47,604 bases of DNA, taken from NCBI RefSeq assembly GCF_000336755.1, contig NZ_AOLK01000012.1:119150-166753 (forward strand). Direction: 5' to 3'. The notes beneath the pieces were generated by a model. That model saw only the letters and a program-made list of their open reading frames with translations. It was not told the origin of the DNA and searched no databases. Position numbers and translations under genes: made by a program. Positions 39,026 to 47,604 of this stretch are shown piece by piece. Position 1 is the first letter of the stretch; each line of letters opens with the position of its first letter. This stretch comes from Haloferax elongans ATCC BAA-1513. Its GTDB lineage: Archaea; Halobacteriota; Halobacteria; Halobacteriales; Haloferacaceae.

Positions 39026-40195
39026 ATGCAACCGTCCGACACGTTCTCCGGGCTGGAGTGTACGGAGACCGGCACCAAGTACGACGCCGACGTGACCGGT
39101 CGCAGCGAGGCCGGTGCGCCACTGGACCCAACGTACGACCTCGATGCGGTCGATTGGGACGCCGATACGCTCTCTGGCCGAGCGTTCGACTCGATGTGGC
39201 GATACCACGAACTGCTTCCCTTTTCGGACCCCGTGACCGCGAACGAGGGGGCGACCCCGCTGGTCGAAGCGTCCGCTCTCGGCAACGAGGCCGAAGTGGG
39301 AACGCTGCTCATCAAGGACGAAGGGCGAAACCCCACGGGAACGTTCCTCGACCGTGGATTCTCTCTTGCGGCGACCGCAGCCCGCGAAGCCGAGGCCGAG
39401 GTCGTCGCGCACGCCTCTCCCGGCAACGGTGCCCAGTCGGCAGCCTCCTACGCTGGCCTCGTCGATGTTCGCTCCTATGGGTTCGTCCCCTCGCGGACGC
39501 CGTTCCCGAACAAGGCGATGGTGAACGTCCACGGCGGCCAGATGAAAGTCGTCGGCGGGCGCTACCCGGACGCGCTCTCGGCGCTCCACGAGCAACTCAA
39601 AAGCGACTGGTTCACGCTTCAGGAGTTCGACAACCCGTACCGCCACGACGGGGCGAAGACTATCGCCTACGAAATCGCCGAGCGACTCGACTGGTCGGTC
39701 CCCGACTGGGTCGTCGTCCCGGCCGCGACGGGTGAACTCGTCTACGGCATCTCCAAGGGCTTCCGCGACCTCGCCGACCTCGGCCTCGTAGAAGACGTTC
39801 CCCGACTGGTGGCGGCGCAGTCTGCTGGCTGTGCACCTATCGCCACCGCGTGGGAGGCAGGAAACGACGACACCGAGGCGTGGAACCACCCGGACACCAT
39901 CGTCGGCGAACTGGAGATTCCCGACCCCGAAGGTGGGGCGCTCGCACTCCGCGCTATCGAGGAGACAGGCGGTCTCGCGGCGTCCGTCAGCGACGACGAC
40001 GCCCTCGAATCGGCAGTGACCGCAGCCCAAAAAGCGGGCGTCGAGGTCGGCGCAGCAGGCGGTGTCGCGCTCGCGGCCGTCTGGGACCTCACAGACGAGT
40101 TCGACGACGAAGACACCGTGGTCGTCGTCAACACCGAGTCGGGGTCGAAGAACGCCGACATTCTTCGGAGTCACCTGATGGGGCAGGGCATCTAA
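39026..40195 (+). CDS. thrC: Threonine synthase-like PLP-fold-type-II protein (paralog with Leu in place of the Schiff-base Lys)
   Basis: 389 aa. ...LLIKDEGRNPTGTFLDRG... aligns to the ThrC signature ...K.EG.NPTGSFKDRG, but the PLP-binding K is L (codon CTC 39347..39349). Confidence 0.7.
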   Translation: MQPSDTFSGLECTETGTKYDADVTGRSEAGAPLDPTYDLDAVDWDADTLSGRAFDSMWRYHELLPFSDPVTANEGATPLVEASALGNEAEVGTLLIKDEGRNPTGTFLDRGFSLAATAAREAEAEVVAHASPGNGAQSAASYAGLVDVRSYGFVPSRTPFPNKAMVNVHGGQMKVVGGRYPDALSALHEQLKSDWFTLQEFDNPYRHDGAKTIAYEIAERLDWSVPDWVVVPAATGELVYGISKGFRDLADLGLVEDVPRLVAAQSAGCAPIATAWEAGNDDTEAWNHPDTIVGELEIPDPEGGALALRAIEETGGLAASVSDDDALESAVTAAQKAGVEVGAAGGVALAAVWDLTDEFDDEDTVVVVNTESGSKNADILRSHLMGQGI

Positions 40196-40273
40196 CGACT
40201 ACGACGGAAACTCCTCGAATCAGGCTTTCAAACCGGGGTTTCTCCCGTCACACTTCTCCATCAGGTATTTGTT

Positions 40274-40287
40274 TTAGACGCGTCTAA
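40274..40287. promoter_or_regulatory. Perfect 14-bp palindrome TTAGACGCGTCTAA, candidate DtxR/SirR autoregulatory operator
   Basis: Seen directly, 9 nt upstream of the sirR ATG. The TTAG...CTAA ends resemble DtxR-family half-sites. Confidence 0.45.
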
Positions 40288-40295
40288 TCCGGGGT

Positions 40296-41000
40296 ATGTT
40301 GAGCGACGTGATGGAGGATTATCTGAAGGCAATTTACTCGCTTCAGATGGAACACGGCCCGCCGGTATCCACGTCAGATATCGCGGAGTACCTCGGGAAG
40401 ACGCCCCCGACGGTGACGAGCATGGTCGGAAAACTCGAAGAACGGGGGCTGGTCGAACGCGAGAAGTACAAGGGGGTCGAGTTGACCGACGAAGGAGAGA
40501 CCGTCGCGCTCGAAGTGCTTCGGCACCACCGCCTGCTGGAAGCGTATCTCACGGAACACCTCGATTACTCGTGGAGCGAGGTTCACGAGGAGGCCGACGC
40601 GCTGGAACACCACATCAGCGAAGAGTTCGAGCGGCGCGTCGCGGCCGCGCTCGGGAATCCGAAAGTGGACCCTCACGGCGACCCGATTCCGAGTGCCGAC
40701 CTCACTCCCCCCGACTCGTCGGGTCTTTCGACGCTCTCCGACCACGGGGTCGGCGACACGGTCGTCGTCTGCCGAGTCAGCGACCGCAACCCAGAGGAGT
40801 TGGAGTACCTCTCCGAGGCGGGCATCACTCCGGGGACGACCATCGACGTGACCGACATCGCACCCTTTGGGATGGTCACGGTACGCGTGGTCGAAACCGA
40901 ATCCGAACAGAGCCTTCCCGAATCCGTCGCTCGCACGATTCGCGTCCGAGAACCTGACGGCGACTGTCAGGGCGAGGACGAAGAGGTGTCTATGGCGTGA
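40296..41000 (+). CDS. sirR: DtxR/MntR-family metal-dependent transcriptional repressor with C-terminal FeoA-like domain
   Basis: 234 aa. N-terminus MLSDVMEDYLKAIYSL... is the DtxR HTH; then the dimerisation domain and an SH3-like FeoA domain. Confidence 0.85.
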   Translation: MLSDVMEDYLKAIYSLQMEHGPPVSTSDIAEYLGKTPPTVTSMVGKLEERGLVEREKYKGVELTDEGETVALEVLRHHRLLEAYLTEHLDYSWSEVHEEADALEHHISEEFERRVAAALGNPKVDPHGDPIPSADLTPPDSSGLSTLSDHGVGDTVVVCRVSDRNPEELEYLSEAGITPGTTIDVTDIAPFGMVTVRVVETESEQSLPESVARTIRVREPDGDCQGEDEEVSMA

Positions 41001-41692
41001 CCTCGTGGGGAGAGATTCTCGTCGTCGCGCTCGTCGCTCAGTTGGCTGTGCTCCCCGGTGAGAAAGTCCAGTTTATCATCGCCGGACTCTCGACGCGATT
41101 CGACCCAAAGGTCGTCGTCGCGGCGGCGGCGTCGGCGTTCGCCCTCTGGACCGCACTCGAAATCGTGCTCGGACAGGCTCTCAAAAACGCTCTCCCACCG
41201 GTCGTTCTCGATTCGATTACAGCGATACTGTTCGGGCTCTTTGCCGTGTTGTTGTTTCGGGCTGCACCGTCCGGTTCTGGCTCTGCCTCGGCGACTGACG
41301 GCGGTTTGGTGGACGATGATTTCACGCCGACTGTCTTCGGTCACGAACTCACGAGCACCCGGTTCGGCGGGTTTTTCCCCATCTTTGCGATGATGGCCGC
41401 CGGTGAGTTCGGTGACAAGACGCAGTTGGTAACTATCGGACTCGCCGTGCAGTACGGCGCACACCCGGCAATCTGGTTCGGTGAGATGCTCGCAATCATC
41501 CCTGTGAGCATCGCCAACGCGTACTTCTTCCATCGGTTTTCGGACCGCTTCGACGAGCGCAAGGCCTACCTCGGTGCCGCAGCGCTGTTCGCCTTCTTCG
41601 CCGCCGATACGGTACTCGCCATCGTCACTGACTTCTCGGTGTGGGAGACGCTCGTCGGAACCGTCTCTGACGTGATTCTCTCGCTCATCTGA
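40997..41692 (+). CDS. UPF0016/GDT1 (TMEM165) family putative Mn2+/Ca2+:H+ transporter
   Basis: 231 aa with two-repeat topology and a canonical second motif EFGDKTQLV. The GTG start overlaps the sirR stop (GTGA). Six predicted TM helices. Confidence 0.65.
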   Translation: MTSWGEILVVALVAQLAVLPGEKVQFIIAGLSTRFDPKVVVAAAASAFALWTALEIVLGQALKNALPPVVLDSITAILFGLFAVLLFRAAPSGSGSASATDGGLVDDDFTPTVFGHELTSTRFGGFFPIFAMMAAGEFGDKTQLVTIGLAVQYGAHPAIWFGEMLAIIPVSIANAYFFHRFSDRFDERKAYLGAAALFAFFAADTVLAIVTDFSVWETLVGTVSDVILSLI

Positions 41693-41758
41693 CGCTCGGA
41701 CGGGCCGGTTCCATTGCTTTCGCGTCATTTTTCACGGTTTCGCGCCCAAGAATAGTCG

Positions 41759-42439
41759 ATGTCAACGCTCCCATCACTCGGTGCCGGGTTAGTGTTCGGC
41801 CTCGCCCTCGCGGCGCCTCCCGGCCCGATGAACGCAGTCATCGCCGAGGAGAGCGTCGTCCGCGGCTGGGCTGCCGGGGCGCGTGCCGGACTCGGTGCAA
41901 TGAGTGCCGACGCGCTGTTTTTCGTGCTCGCTGCGCTCGGTCTCGTCGCCTTCGTCGAACAGTTTCCGACCATTCGCGGCGTGATGGTCGGCGCTGGCGG
42001 TGTTCTCATGCTCTACTTCGCGTACGGTGCTGCACAGGAGACGAGTACGACCTTCCGCGAGGCCGCCGACCACGACGCCGACAGCGCCGGATTCACGAAA
42101 GCGTTCGTGCTCGCACTGACGAACCCCTACCAGATTCTCTTCTGGCTCACTATCGGTGTCGGCTTGCTCGAAACCGGTACGGTCGACGTGCTCTCGCACA
42201 TGCCCTACGTCGGCGCGTCGCTCACGAATCTCCTCATTGTCGAGACCGGGACGCCAGCGCTCATCGTCGGCTTCTTCGGTGGAATCGCTATCTGGGCGAC
42301 TGGCTTCCCCGCAGCACTCGTCGCGGCCGAGCAGCGTGTCGATTCGTTCGCACCGGCGGTCGCGGCTCTCAGTGCCGTCGTCCTCGGCGGGTTCGGCGTC
42401 TTCTTCCTCTGGGACGCGATGCAGTCGCTCGTCCTCTGA
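41759..42439 (+). CDS. LysE/RhtB-family amino-acid exporter
   Basis: 226 aa with N-terminal ...GLALAAPPGPMNAV... signature and six TM helices. Confidence 0.75.
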   Translation: MSTLPSLGAGLVFGLALAAPPGPMNAVIAEESVVRGWAAGARAGLGAMSADALFFVLAALGLVAFVEQFPTIRGVMVGAGGVLMLYFAYGAAQETSTTFREAADHDADSAGFTKAFVLALTNPYQILFWLTIGVGLLETGTVDVLSHMPYVGASLTNLLIVETGTPALIVGFFGGIAIWATGFPAALVAAEQRVDSFAPAVAALSAVVLGGFGVFFLWDAMQSLVL

Positions 42440-42510
42440 GGCGCGCGTTTCGCGCTCGAAAGAGCGTCTTTTGCTCCAAAAGAAGAGCCGTCTGTTGCTT
42501 CTCCGCGAGG

Positions 42511-43383
42511 TTACGTGTCGCTGACGATGTCGTCAGCGATGGTGTCGAGGTAGTTTCCGTGGTCGTCGCCGACTTGACTCTCGACGTCGCGGTCAGTGTA
42601 GTTCGTGGCTGGCGTGTCGCCACTTTCGAGGCCGGTCTCTCCGAGTGCTTGGTCGAACTCGATGGTGTTGTAAACCCACTGGAGAACGTTGTCGGCCGCG
42701 TTGTAGTAGTTGTAGACGTGTCCGGCGCTCTCTTGGATTGCCTCGTACGTGTCACGGCCTTCCTCTTTTCCAGGCACCTCGTTGTCGGTGGCGGCTCCGA
42801 AGGGGTGCATCGTCTCGATTTTGTATCCCGAGTCGGCCCACGCGCTGCGACTGTCGAGAGTCCGAAGCGCACTGAAGATGACCTGTGCGCCGAGTGAGTG
42901 ACTGGTGAACCGAATCGTCGTCTCGGGAGAGGCACGCTTCACGTCGAGTGCGAACTGCGCGAGTTTCCAACCGTTCTTCTGGGCGATTTCTTGGGCTTCG
43001 AACCAGCCGAACTCCCAGCCGTCGCCCTTGTCGCTGTCCCACGTGTACCCGACGACTTCATAGTCGTATCCGGCGTCAGTGAGTTGCGTGTCGGCCTTCG
43101 CTATCTTTTCGAGGGCGTCCTGTTCGGGGTTGTCGCTGTTTTTGTCCCACCCGTGAGCGAACACGAAAATCTCGGATGCGCTCCCGTAGTCGACGACCGG
43201 AACGTCACCGGAGGTGTCGTATCCCCGTGCGGTGTGGCCGGACGCGAGATTCGCGTCGTCGTCGAAGTGGTCGCGAGTCGAGATGTACGGCGTCGACGCG
43301 GCCGCCCCGGACGTGGCACCGAAGACGGTCAATCCTGAAATCGTTGCTGCTGTCGTCTTGAGGAATCGTCGTCTGCTTGCCAT
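42511..43383 (-). CDS. Tat-secreted alpha/beta-hydrolase (lipase/esterase-like, GxSxG = HSLGA)
   Basis: Start ATG 43383 (MASRRRFLKTTAATISGLTVFGA: Tat signal) and nucleophile elbow FTSHSLGAQV. The upstream part of the ORF is unsupported. Confidence 0.6.
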   Translation of the reverse strand: MASRRRFLKTTAATISGLTVFGATSGAAASTPYISTRDHFDDDANLASGHTARGYDTSGDVPVVDYGSASEIFVFAHGWDKNSDNPEQDALEKIAKADTQLTDAGYDYEVVGYTWDSDKGDGWEFGWFEAQEIAQKNGWKLAQFALDVKRASPETTIRFTSHSLGAQVIFSALRTLDSRSAWADSGYKIETMHPFGAATDNEVPGKEEGRDTYEAIQESAGHVYNYYNAADNVLQWVYNTIEFDQALGETGLESGDTPATNYTDRDVESQVGDDHGNYLDTIADDIVSDT

Positions 43384-43540
43384 GGTATGCTTACCCGTAT
43401 GATAGCGGATATCTTCTGTGCACACCGGAACATGATAAATCAAACTACGGTCTGATACACTGACTAATACACACATGGGCGCGGCTGGATACCCTCCCGA
43501 GACGAGAAACACTATGAACCATCGTGGCCGACTCTCGGCT

Positions 43541-44587
43541 ATGTTCGACAAATCGACGTGGATCAAGCTCCCGCGGAACGTCCTGCAGGGCCACGGCGTG
43601 CTCGACGACCTCGCCGACGCGGTCGCCGACCTGTACCTCTCGGGCGACCCGCTTCTCGTCACGAGTCCGTCGCCCGAACGCATCGCGGGCGACCGCGTGC
43701 GGGCGCAGTTCGACAATGTCGCCACGGTCTCTCTGGACCGTGCGAGTTTCGAGTCGGTCGAACGAGTCGTCGAGGTCGGCCGCGAGCACGACGCGGGCTA
43801 CCTCATCGCCCTCGGCGGCGGGAAGCCAATCGACGTGGCGAAGATGGCCTCTGACGAACTGGACTGCGGCTTCGTCTCGGTTCCGACCGCGGCGAGCCAC
43901 GACGGCATCGTCTCCGGGCGCTCGTCGATTCCCGAGGGCGACACTCGCCACTCGGTCGCTGCCGACCCGCCGCTGGCGGTCGTCGCCGACACGGAACTCC
44001 TCGCGGAGTCGCCGTGGGAACTCACGACCGCCGGCTGTGCCGACATCATCTCGAACTACACGGCGGTCAAAGACTGGGAACTCGCCCACCGGCTGAAGAA
44101 CGTCGAGTACTCCGAGTACGCGGGCGCGCTCTCGCAGATGACCGCCGAGATGCTCGTCCAGAGCGCCGACTCCATCAAACCCGGGCTCGAAGAGTCCGCG
44201 TGGATTGTGACGAAGGCGCTCGTCTCCTCCGGCGTCGCCATGTCAATCGCCGGGTCGTCCCGCCCCGCGTCGGGCGCAGAGCACCTCTTTTCGCACCAAC
44301 TCGACCGCATCGCCCCCAACCGAGCACTCCACGGGCATCAGGTCGGTGTCGGCTCGATTCTAACCGAGTACTTCCACAGCGGCCCCCGCGGCGAGTGGCA
44401 GGACATCCGCGACGCACTCTCGACAGTCGGCGCGCCGACCACGGCAAACGAACTCGGTATCGACGACGAGACGGTCATCGACGCGCTCACGACCGCCCAC
44501 GAGATTCGCGACCGCTACACCATCCTCGGCGACGGCGTCAGCGAGGACGCGGCCATCGAGGCGGCGACGATTACGGGCGTTATCTAG
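43541..44587 (+). CDS. egsA: sn-Glycerol-1-phosphate dehydrogenase (archaeal lipid backbone synthesis)
   Basis: MFDKSTWIKLPRNVLQGHGVLDDL..., GGGKPIDVAK, and His/Asp metal ligands of the iron-ADH-like fold. Alternative starts at 43514 or 43475. Confidence 0.85.
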   Translation: MFDKSTWIKLPRNVLQGHGVLDDLADAVADLYLSGDPLLVTSPSPERIAGDRVRAQFDNVATVSLDRASFESVERVVEVGREHDAGYLIALGGGKPIDVAKMASDELDCGFVSVPTAASHDGIVSGRSSIPEGDTRHSVAADPPLAVVADTELLAESPWELTTAGCADIISNYTAVKDWELAHRLKNVEYSEYAGALSQMTAEMLVQSADSIKPGLEESAWIVTKALVSSGVAMSIAGSSRPASGAEHLFSHQLDRIAPNRALHGHQVGVGSILTEYFHSGPRGEWQDIRDALSTVGAPTTANELGIDDETVIDALTTAHEIRDRYTILGDGVSEDAAIEAATITGVI

Positions 44588-44817
44588 AACCCACCTTTTT
44601 ACGCCTCGGGTCGCGGAGCGACCACTCGGCGCAAAAACCTGTCTTCGTGAGCGTCAGCGAGCGAAGGCTCGTGAGACGCGGCGCGTCTCACGGTGGAGGG
44701 AAAAAGCCACGAGACTCGGCCTCCGGCCTCGCTCGTGGTACAGCGCTTTCGTATCACACGACGTGGTGCTCTCGTGACCGGGTGAAGTCTAAAGGGCGAG
44801 CGTCGAGGGCACACAGT

Positions 44818-45282
44818 ATGGAACTCGTCGAAGCCACCGCGTCGGACCTCGACGCGCTCGTCGAGCGCTGGTATTCACTCGCGAAAGCGATGGAAGCACA
44901 CGACGAACTGAACGCTCTCGTCGCGGATGTCACCGAAAACGCCGACAGTGGCTTCCGCGCTCATCTCGACGACGAGGCAGTCACCGACTATCTCGTCGTC
45001 CATGAGGGCGAGACCATCGGGTTCGTCACGCTCCGCGAGGGCAACCACCCGTCCCGGCAGTACTCACAGTACCTTCGCATCGTGAATCTCGCTGTCGATG
45101 AAGCGTACCGAGACCGGGGTCACGGCACGGAGATTGTTGAACGAGTGAAAGACATCGCCCGCGACCGAGGGTGCGACCACCTCAAAGTCTCCTGTGAATG
45201 GCAAAACGGGGGTGCGCGCCGATTCTACCGTGACACGGGGTTCCGACCGAAGCAAGTCGACTTCGCACAGCCGCTGGAGTGA
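44818..45282 (+). CDS. GNAT-family N-acetyltransferase
   Basis: 154 aa from ATG 44818. Motif A ...VDEAYRDRGHGTEIVERV.... The upstream part of the ORF track is Arg-rich artefact. Confidence 0.75.
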   Translation: MELVEATASDLDALVERWYSLAKAMEAHDELNALVADVTENADSGFRAHLDDEAVTDYLVVHEGETIGFVTLREGNHPSRQYSQYLRIVNLAVDEAYRDRGHGTEIVERVKDIARDRGCDHLKVSCEWQNGGARRFYRDTGFRPKQVDFAQPLE

Positions 45283-45360
45283 GTCGAGTCTTGTTGGTAC
45301 TACTCTCAAACACCGTCCCGAACCCGAAGAGGCAAGACGGCCCCTTCCTAACCCCCGGCT

Positions 45361-45990
45361 ATGGCAACTGCGAGCGCCGATAATCCGCTGAAGGAACACG
45401 CCACGGCTGTGACCGCCATCCTCTCGGTCGTCGGGTACACGGTCGTCGTCGGCACCTTCCTCGGGTGGGTCCCCGGCACTGTCTTCCCAGAGTTGTCGCT
45501 CGAACAGGTAAACCGCCTCTCGGACGCTATCGCTGCGGTGAACACGTTGAACGTCTTCGTCATCGCGATGGGGTGGCGCTGGATTCGCCGCAACGAGGTC
45601 CGAAAGCACAAGCTGGCGATGATAACGTCGTTCACGCTCATCCTCGTGTTCCTCGTGATGTACCTCACAAAAATCGGCGGTGGCGGCACCAAGGAGTTCG
45701 TCGGCCCGGCGTTCGCGAAATACCCGTACCTGGCGATGCTGGCGATTCACATCATCCTCTCTATCGTCTCGGTACCGGTGGTCCTCCACGCGCTCGTCCT
45801 CGGCTTGACGCACTCCGAGCGCGAACTCAGGACCGAGACGCCGCACCGGAAAGTCGGCCGTATCGCCGCGGGAGCGTGGTTGCTCTCGCTCGCGCTCGGT
45901 GTCGTCACGTACCTGCTTCTCAACCACGTCTACGGTTGGGAGTACGTCGTCTCGCGGGCGGCCGCACTCGTCGTTCCCGTCGTCGTCTGA
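45361..45990 (+). CDS. DUF420-family integral membrane protein
   Basis: 209 aa with four TM helices, matching the DUF420 (YozB-like) pattern. Confidence 0.65.
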   Translation: MATASADNPLKEHATAVTAILSVVGYTVVVGTFLGWVPGTVFPELSLEQVNRLSDAIAAVNTLNVFVIAMGWRWIRRNEVRKHKLAMITSFTLILVFLVMYLTKIGGGGTKEFVGPAFAKYPYLAMLAIHIILSIVSVPVVLHALVLGLTHSERELRTETPHRKVGRIAAGAWLLSLALGVVTYLLLNHVYGWEYVVSRAAALVVPVVV

Positions 45991-46081
45991 GTGGGTTCCG
46001 GCGGTCGCCTGACCCGACAGCGACGGTCCGCCCAGAACCGAAAGCTGTGGATTTTTATTGCATCGCGTAGTGGCGGCGAAT

Positions 46082-47140
46082 ATGAGAGTCGCGCTCGTCT
46101 CGATGTACACGACGCACCACGAAGAGACGGGGGCGACGAGACGGACGCGACGGACTGCCGAACTGCTCTCTGACCGGGGGCACGAGGTGGTCGTCCTCTG
46201 TTCGCAGTGGTGGGACGGCGAGGTGCCGGAGTTCGAGCACCAGAACGTGACCTACCGCCGCGTGACCGAGTCGCCGTCGGTGGGTGCGTTCGCCTCGAAA
46301 GTCCCCTTCGTTCTCCGCGACGTTGCGCCCGACGTGATTCAGGTCACCAGCTACCCGCCGTCGCACGTCTCGGCGGTCAAGACCGCGGCACGATTCCTCC
46401 GAACACCGGTCGTCGCCGACTGGTGGAACCGCGACGACCGGGGTGGAAACCGGGCGTATCGGCGGGCCGCGAAGTCCCCCGACGCGGTCATCGTTCCCTC
46501 CGAGATGATTCGCACGCAGGTCCGCGAACTGGGCGCGTCGGCCGACGCGACGCGCCTCGTTCCCGAACCGCTCAACATGGGCCTCGTCCGCGACGCCCCT
46601 GTCAAGGAGGTCGCAGACGTGGTCTACGCCCGCGACCTCGACGAACACGCGAACGTCGAGAGCTTCCTGCTCGCACTCGCCGAACTCCGCGACAAAGATT
46701 GGAGTGCGGCCGTCATCGGCGACGGTCCCGAGCGAGGGACGGCCGAGCAGACGGCCCGCGACCTGCGCATCGACGACCGCGTGGAGTTCCTCGGCGAACT
46801 CCCAGCCGAGAAAGCGGTCCCGATTATGAAGGGCGCACACGTCTTCGCGCAGACGGCGACGGTCGAGCCGTTCGCGACGAACCTCCTGTGGGCGCTCGCG
46901 TGCGGGTGCGTCTGCATCGTCGAATATCAGGCGCGGTCGTCGGCCCACGAACTCGTCGAAGGCCGCGAACGCGGGTCGCTCGTCACGAATCCGCAGGAAC
47001 TCGCCGACGAAATCGTCGCCGCCCGCAGATTCGACCACGAGACTGTCGACGATGACTTCGCTCACTACGACTTCCGTACCGTCGTCGACCAGTTCGAAGG
47101 CGTGTATCAAACCGAAATCGACGACTACGGCTTCTTCTGA
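46082..47140 (+). CDS. Glycosyltransferase family 4 (GT-B, group 1)
   Basis: Start ATG 46082 (MRVALVSMYTTHHEETGATRRT...). C-terminal GT4 E-x7-E region (...VFAQTATVEPFATNLLWALACGCVCIV...). Confidence 0.75.
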   Translation: MRVALVSMYTTHHEETGATRRTRRTAELLSDRGHEVVVLCSQWWDGEVPEFEHQNVTYRRVTESPSVGAFASKVPFVLRDVAPDVIQVTSYPPSHVSAVKTAARFLRTPVVADWWNRDDRGGNRAYRRAAKSPDAVIVPSEMIRTQVRELGASADATRLVPEPLNMGLVRDAPVKEVADVVYARDLDEHANVESFLLALAELRDKDWSAAVIGDGPERGTAEQTARDLRIDDRVEFLGELPAEKAVPIMKGAHVFAQTATVEPFATNLLWALACGCVCIVEYQARSSAHELVEGRERGSLVTNPQELADEIVAARRFDHETVDDDFAHYDFRTVVDQFEGVYQTEIDDYGFF

Positions 47141-47230
47141 CGGCGCTCACTTTCCAGTAGAACGAAGCAGCGAGAGAGCGGGACAGCACCGCCGCTCGCG
47201 GTCAGTGATAATTGAAGAAAGACGGCGAGA

Positions 47231-47604
47231 TTACTCGTCTATCTCGTAGTCGCCGCCGTACTTCATGAAGAAGTACGCGAGGCCGAGCGTCGCGACCATC
47301 GCGAACGAGGTGGCGACGCCGAGCGCCTTCGCACTGTCCGGGACACTCGGGAGGTTCGACCCACCGCCACCGCCACCGACCTCGACGGTCGCAACGTCGC
47401 CGCCGACGGCGACTGCGCCCTTCATGCCGAGTGCCTTGTGCGGTTCACAGAAGTACTTGGAGATGCCAGCGTCACCCTCTTCGAAGGTGTATTCGTAGGT
47501 CGTTCCGGCTTCGGCGACCGCAGCGCCGGAGTCGAGTCCTGCGGGGCCTTCTTCCATCTTGACGTTGTGGCCACCGCCCTCGCCGGTCCATTCCCACGTC
47601 ACTG
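47231..47604 (-). CDS. Halocyanin-like blue copper protein (N-terminus outside window)
   Basis: Type-1 Cu ligand pattern ...YFCEPHKALGMKG... and a C-terminal hydrophobic anchor. The ORF runs off the window end. Confidence 0.7.
   Translation of the reverse strand, partial: VTWEWTGEGGGHNVKMEEGPAGLDSGAAVAEAGTTYEYTFEEGDAGISKYFCEPHKALGMKGAVAVGGDVATVEVGGGGGGSNLPSVPDSAKALGVATSFAMVATLGLAYFFMKYGGDYEIDE

Noticed and set aside
42511-43725. Long N-terminal extension of the alpha/beta hydrolase ORF (114 extra codons)
   Set aside because: A canonical Tat signal (MASRRRFLKTTAAT...) begins at the internal ATG 43383. The upstream part is low-complexity and would bury the signal peptide.
44014-44817. Upstream extension of the GNAT ORF (422 aa in the ORF track), which overlaps the 3' end of egsA
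   Set aside because: It is Arg-rich garbage translation across the egsA 3' end and the hairpin-rich spacer. GNAT homology begins at ATG 44818.
1-47604. CRISPR arrays, IS elements, integrases, provirus modules
   Set aside because: No regularly spaced direct repeats, no transposase/integrase-like ORFs and no terminal inverted repeats were seen. The repeats found are short and local.

Overview
This is a 47.6 kb chromosomal segment from a high-GC (about 65%) haloarchaeon, coding on both strands at about 90% density. Gene content and order look like Haloferax volcanii or a close relative. The GT2/flippase-like protein at 10992..12860 carries Asp110/Asp112/Arg139/Asp201 exactly where the published functional residues of H. 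volcanii AglD lie. It sits near a TSPPY amino-methyltransferase, consistent with the HVO_0794 CTAG MTase locus. The window is mostly core metabolism. It starts with trpC(3' end)-trpB-trpA, followed by the archaeal alternative dehydroquinate pathway genes aroA' and aroB' and by aroD. It also holds ogt, an orphan DNA MTase, a tfb paralog, aglD, a stomatin/NfeD pair, pyruvate kinase, MetRS, mfnA, PEP synthase and a chemotaxis transducer translationally coupled to a ProX-like binding protein. Further downstream are a ThrC paralog, a sirR-like regulator with a GDT1-family exporter, LysE, G1P dehydrogenase (egsA), a GNAT, DUF420, a GT4 and a 3'-truncated halocyanin at the window end. I found no rRNA, tRNA, CRISPR array or recognisable IS or provirus. 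I do not see a clean, obviously novel multi-gene system. The candidates worth follow-up are a 1.1 kb low-GC non-coding island between ogt and aroB' and a degenerate-Mrr/TM/extracytoplasmic fusion in a stomatin-NfeD-surface-glycoprotein neighbourhood. Others are a ThrC paralog whose PLP-binding lysine is replaced by Leu, a G10 homopolymer inside a duplicated intergenic motif, and perfect palindromes upstream of sirR and of the binding-protein/transducer operon. Long antisense, arginine-rich ORFs in the six-frame track are GC-driven shadow ORFs and were not called.
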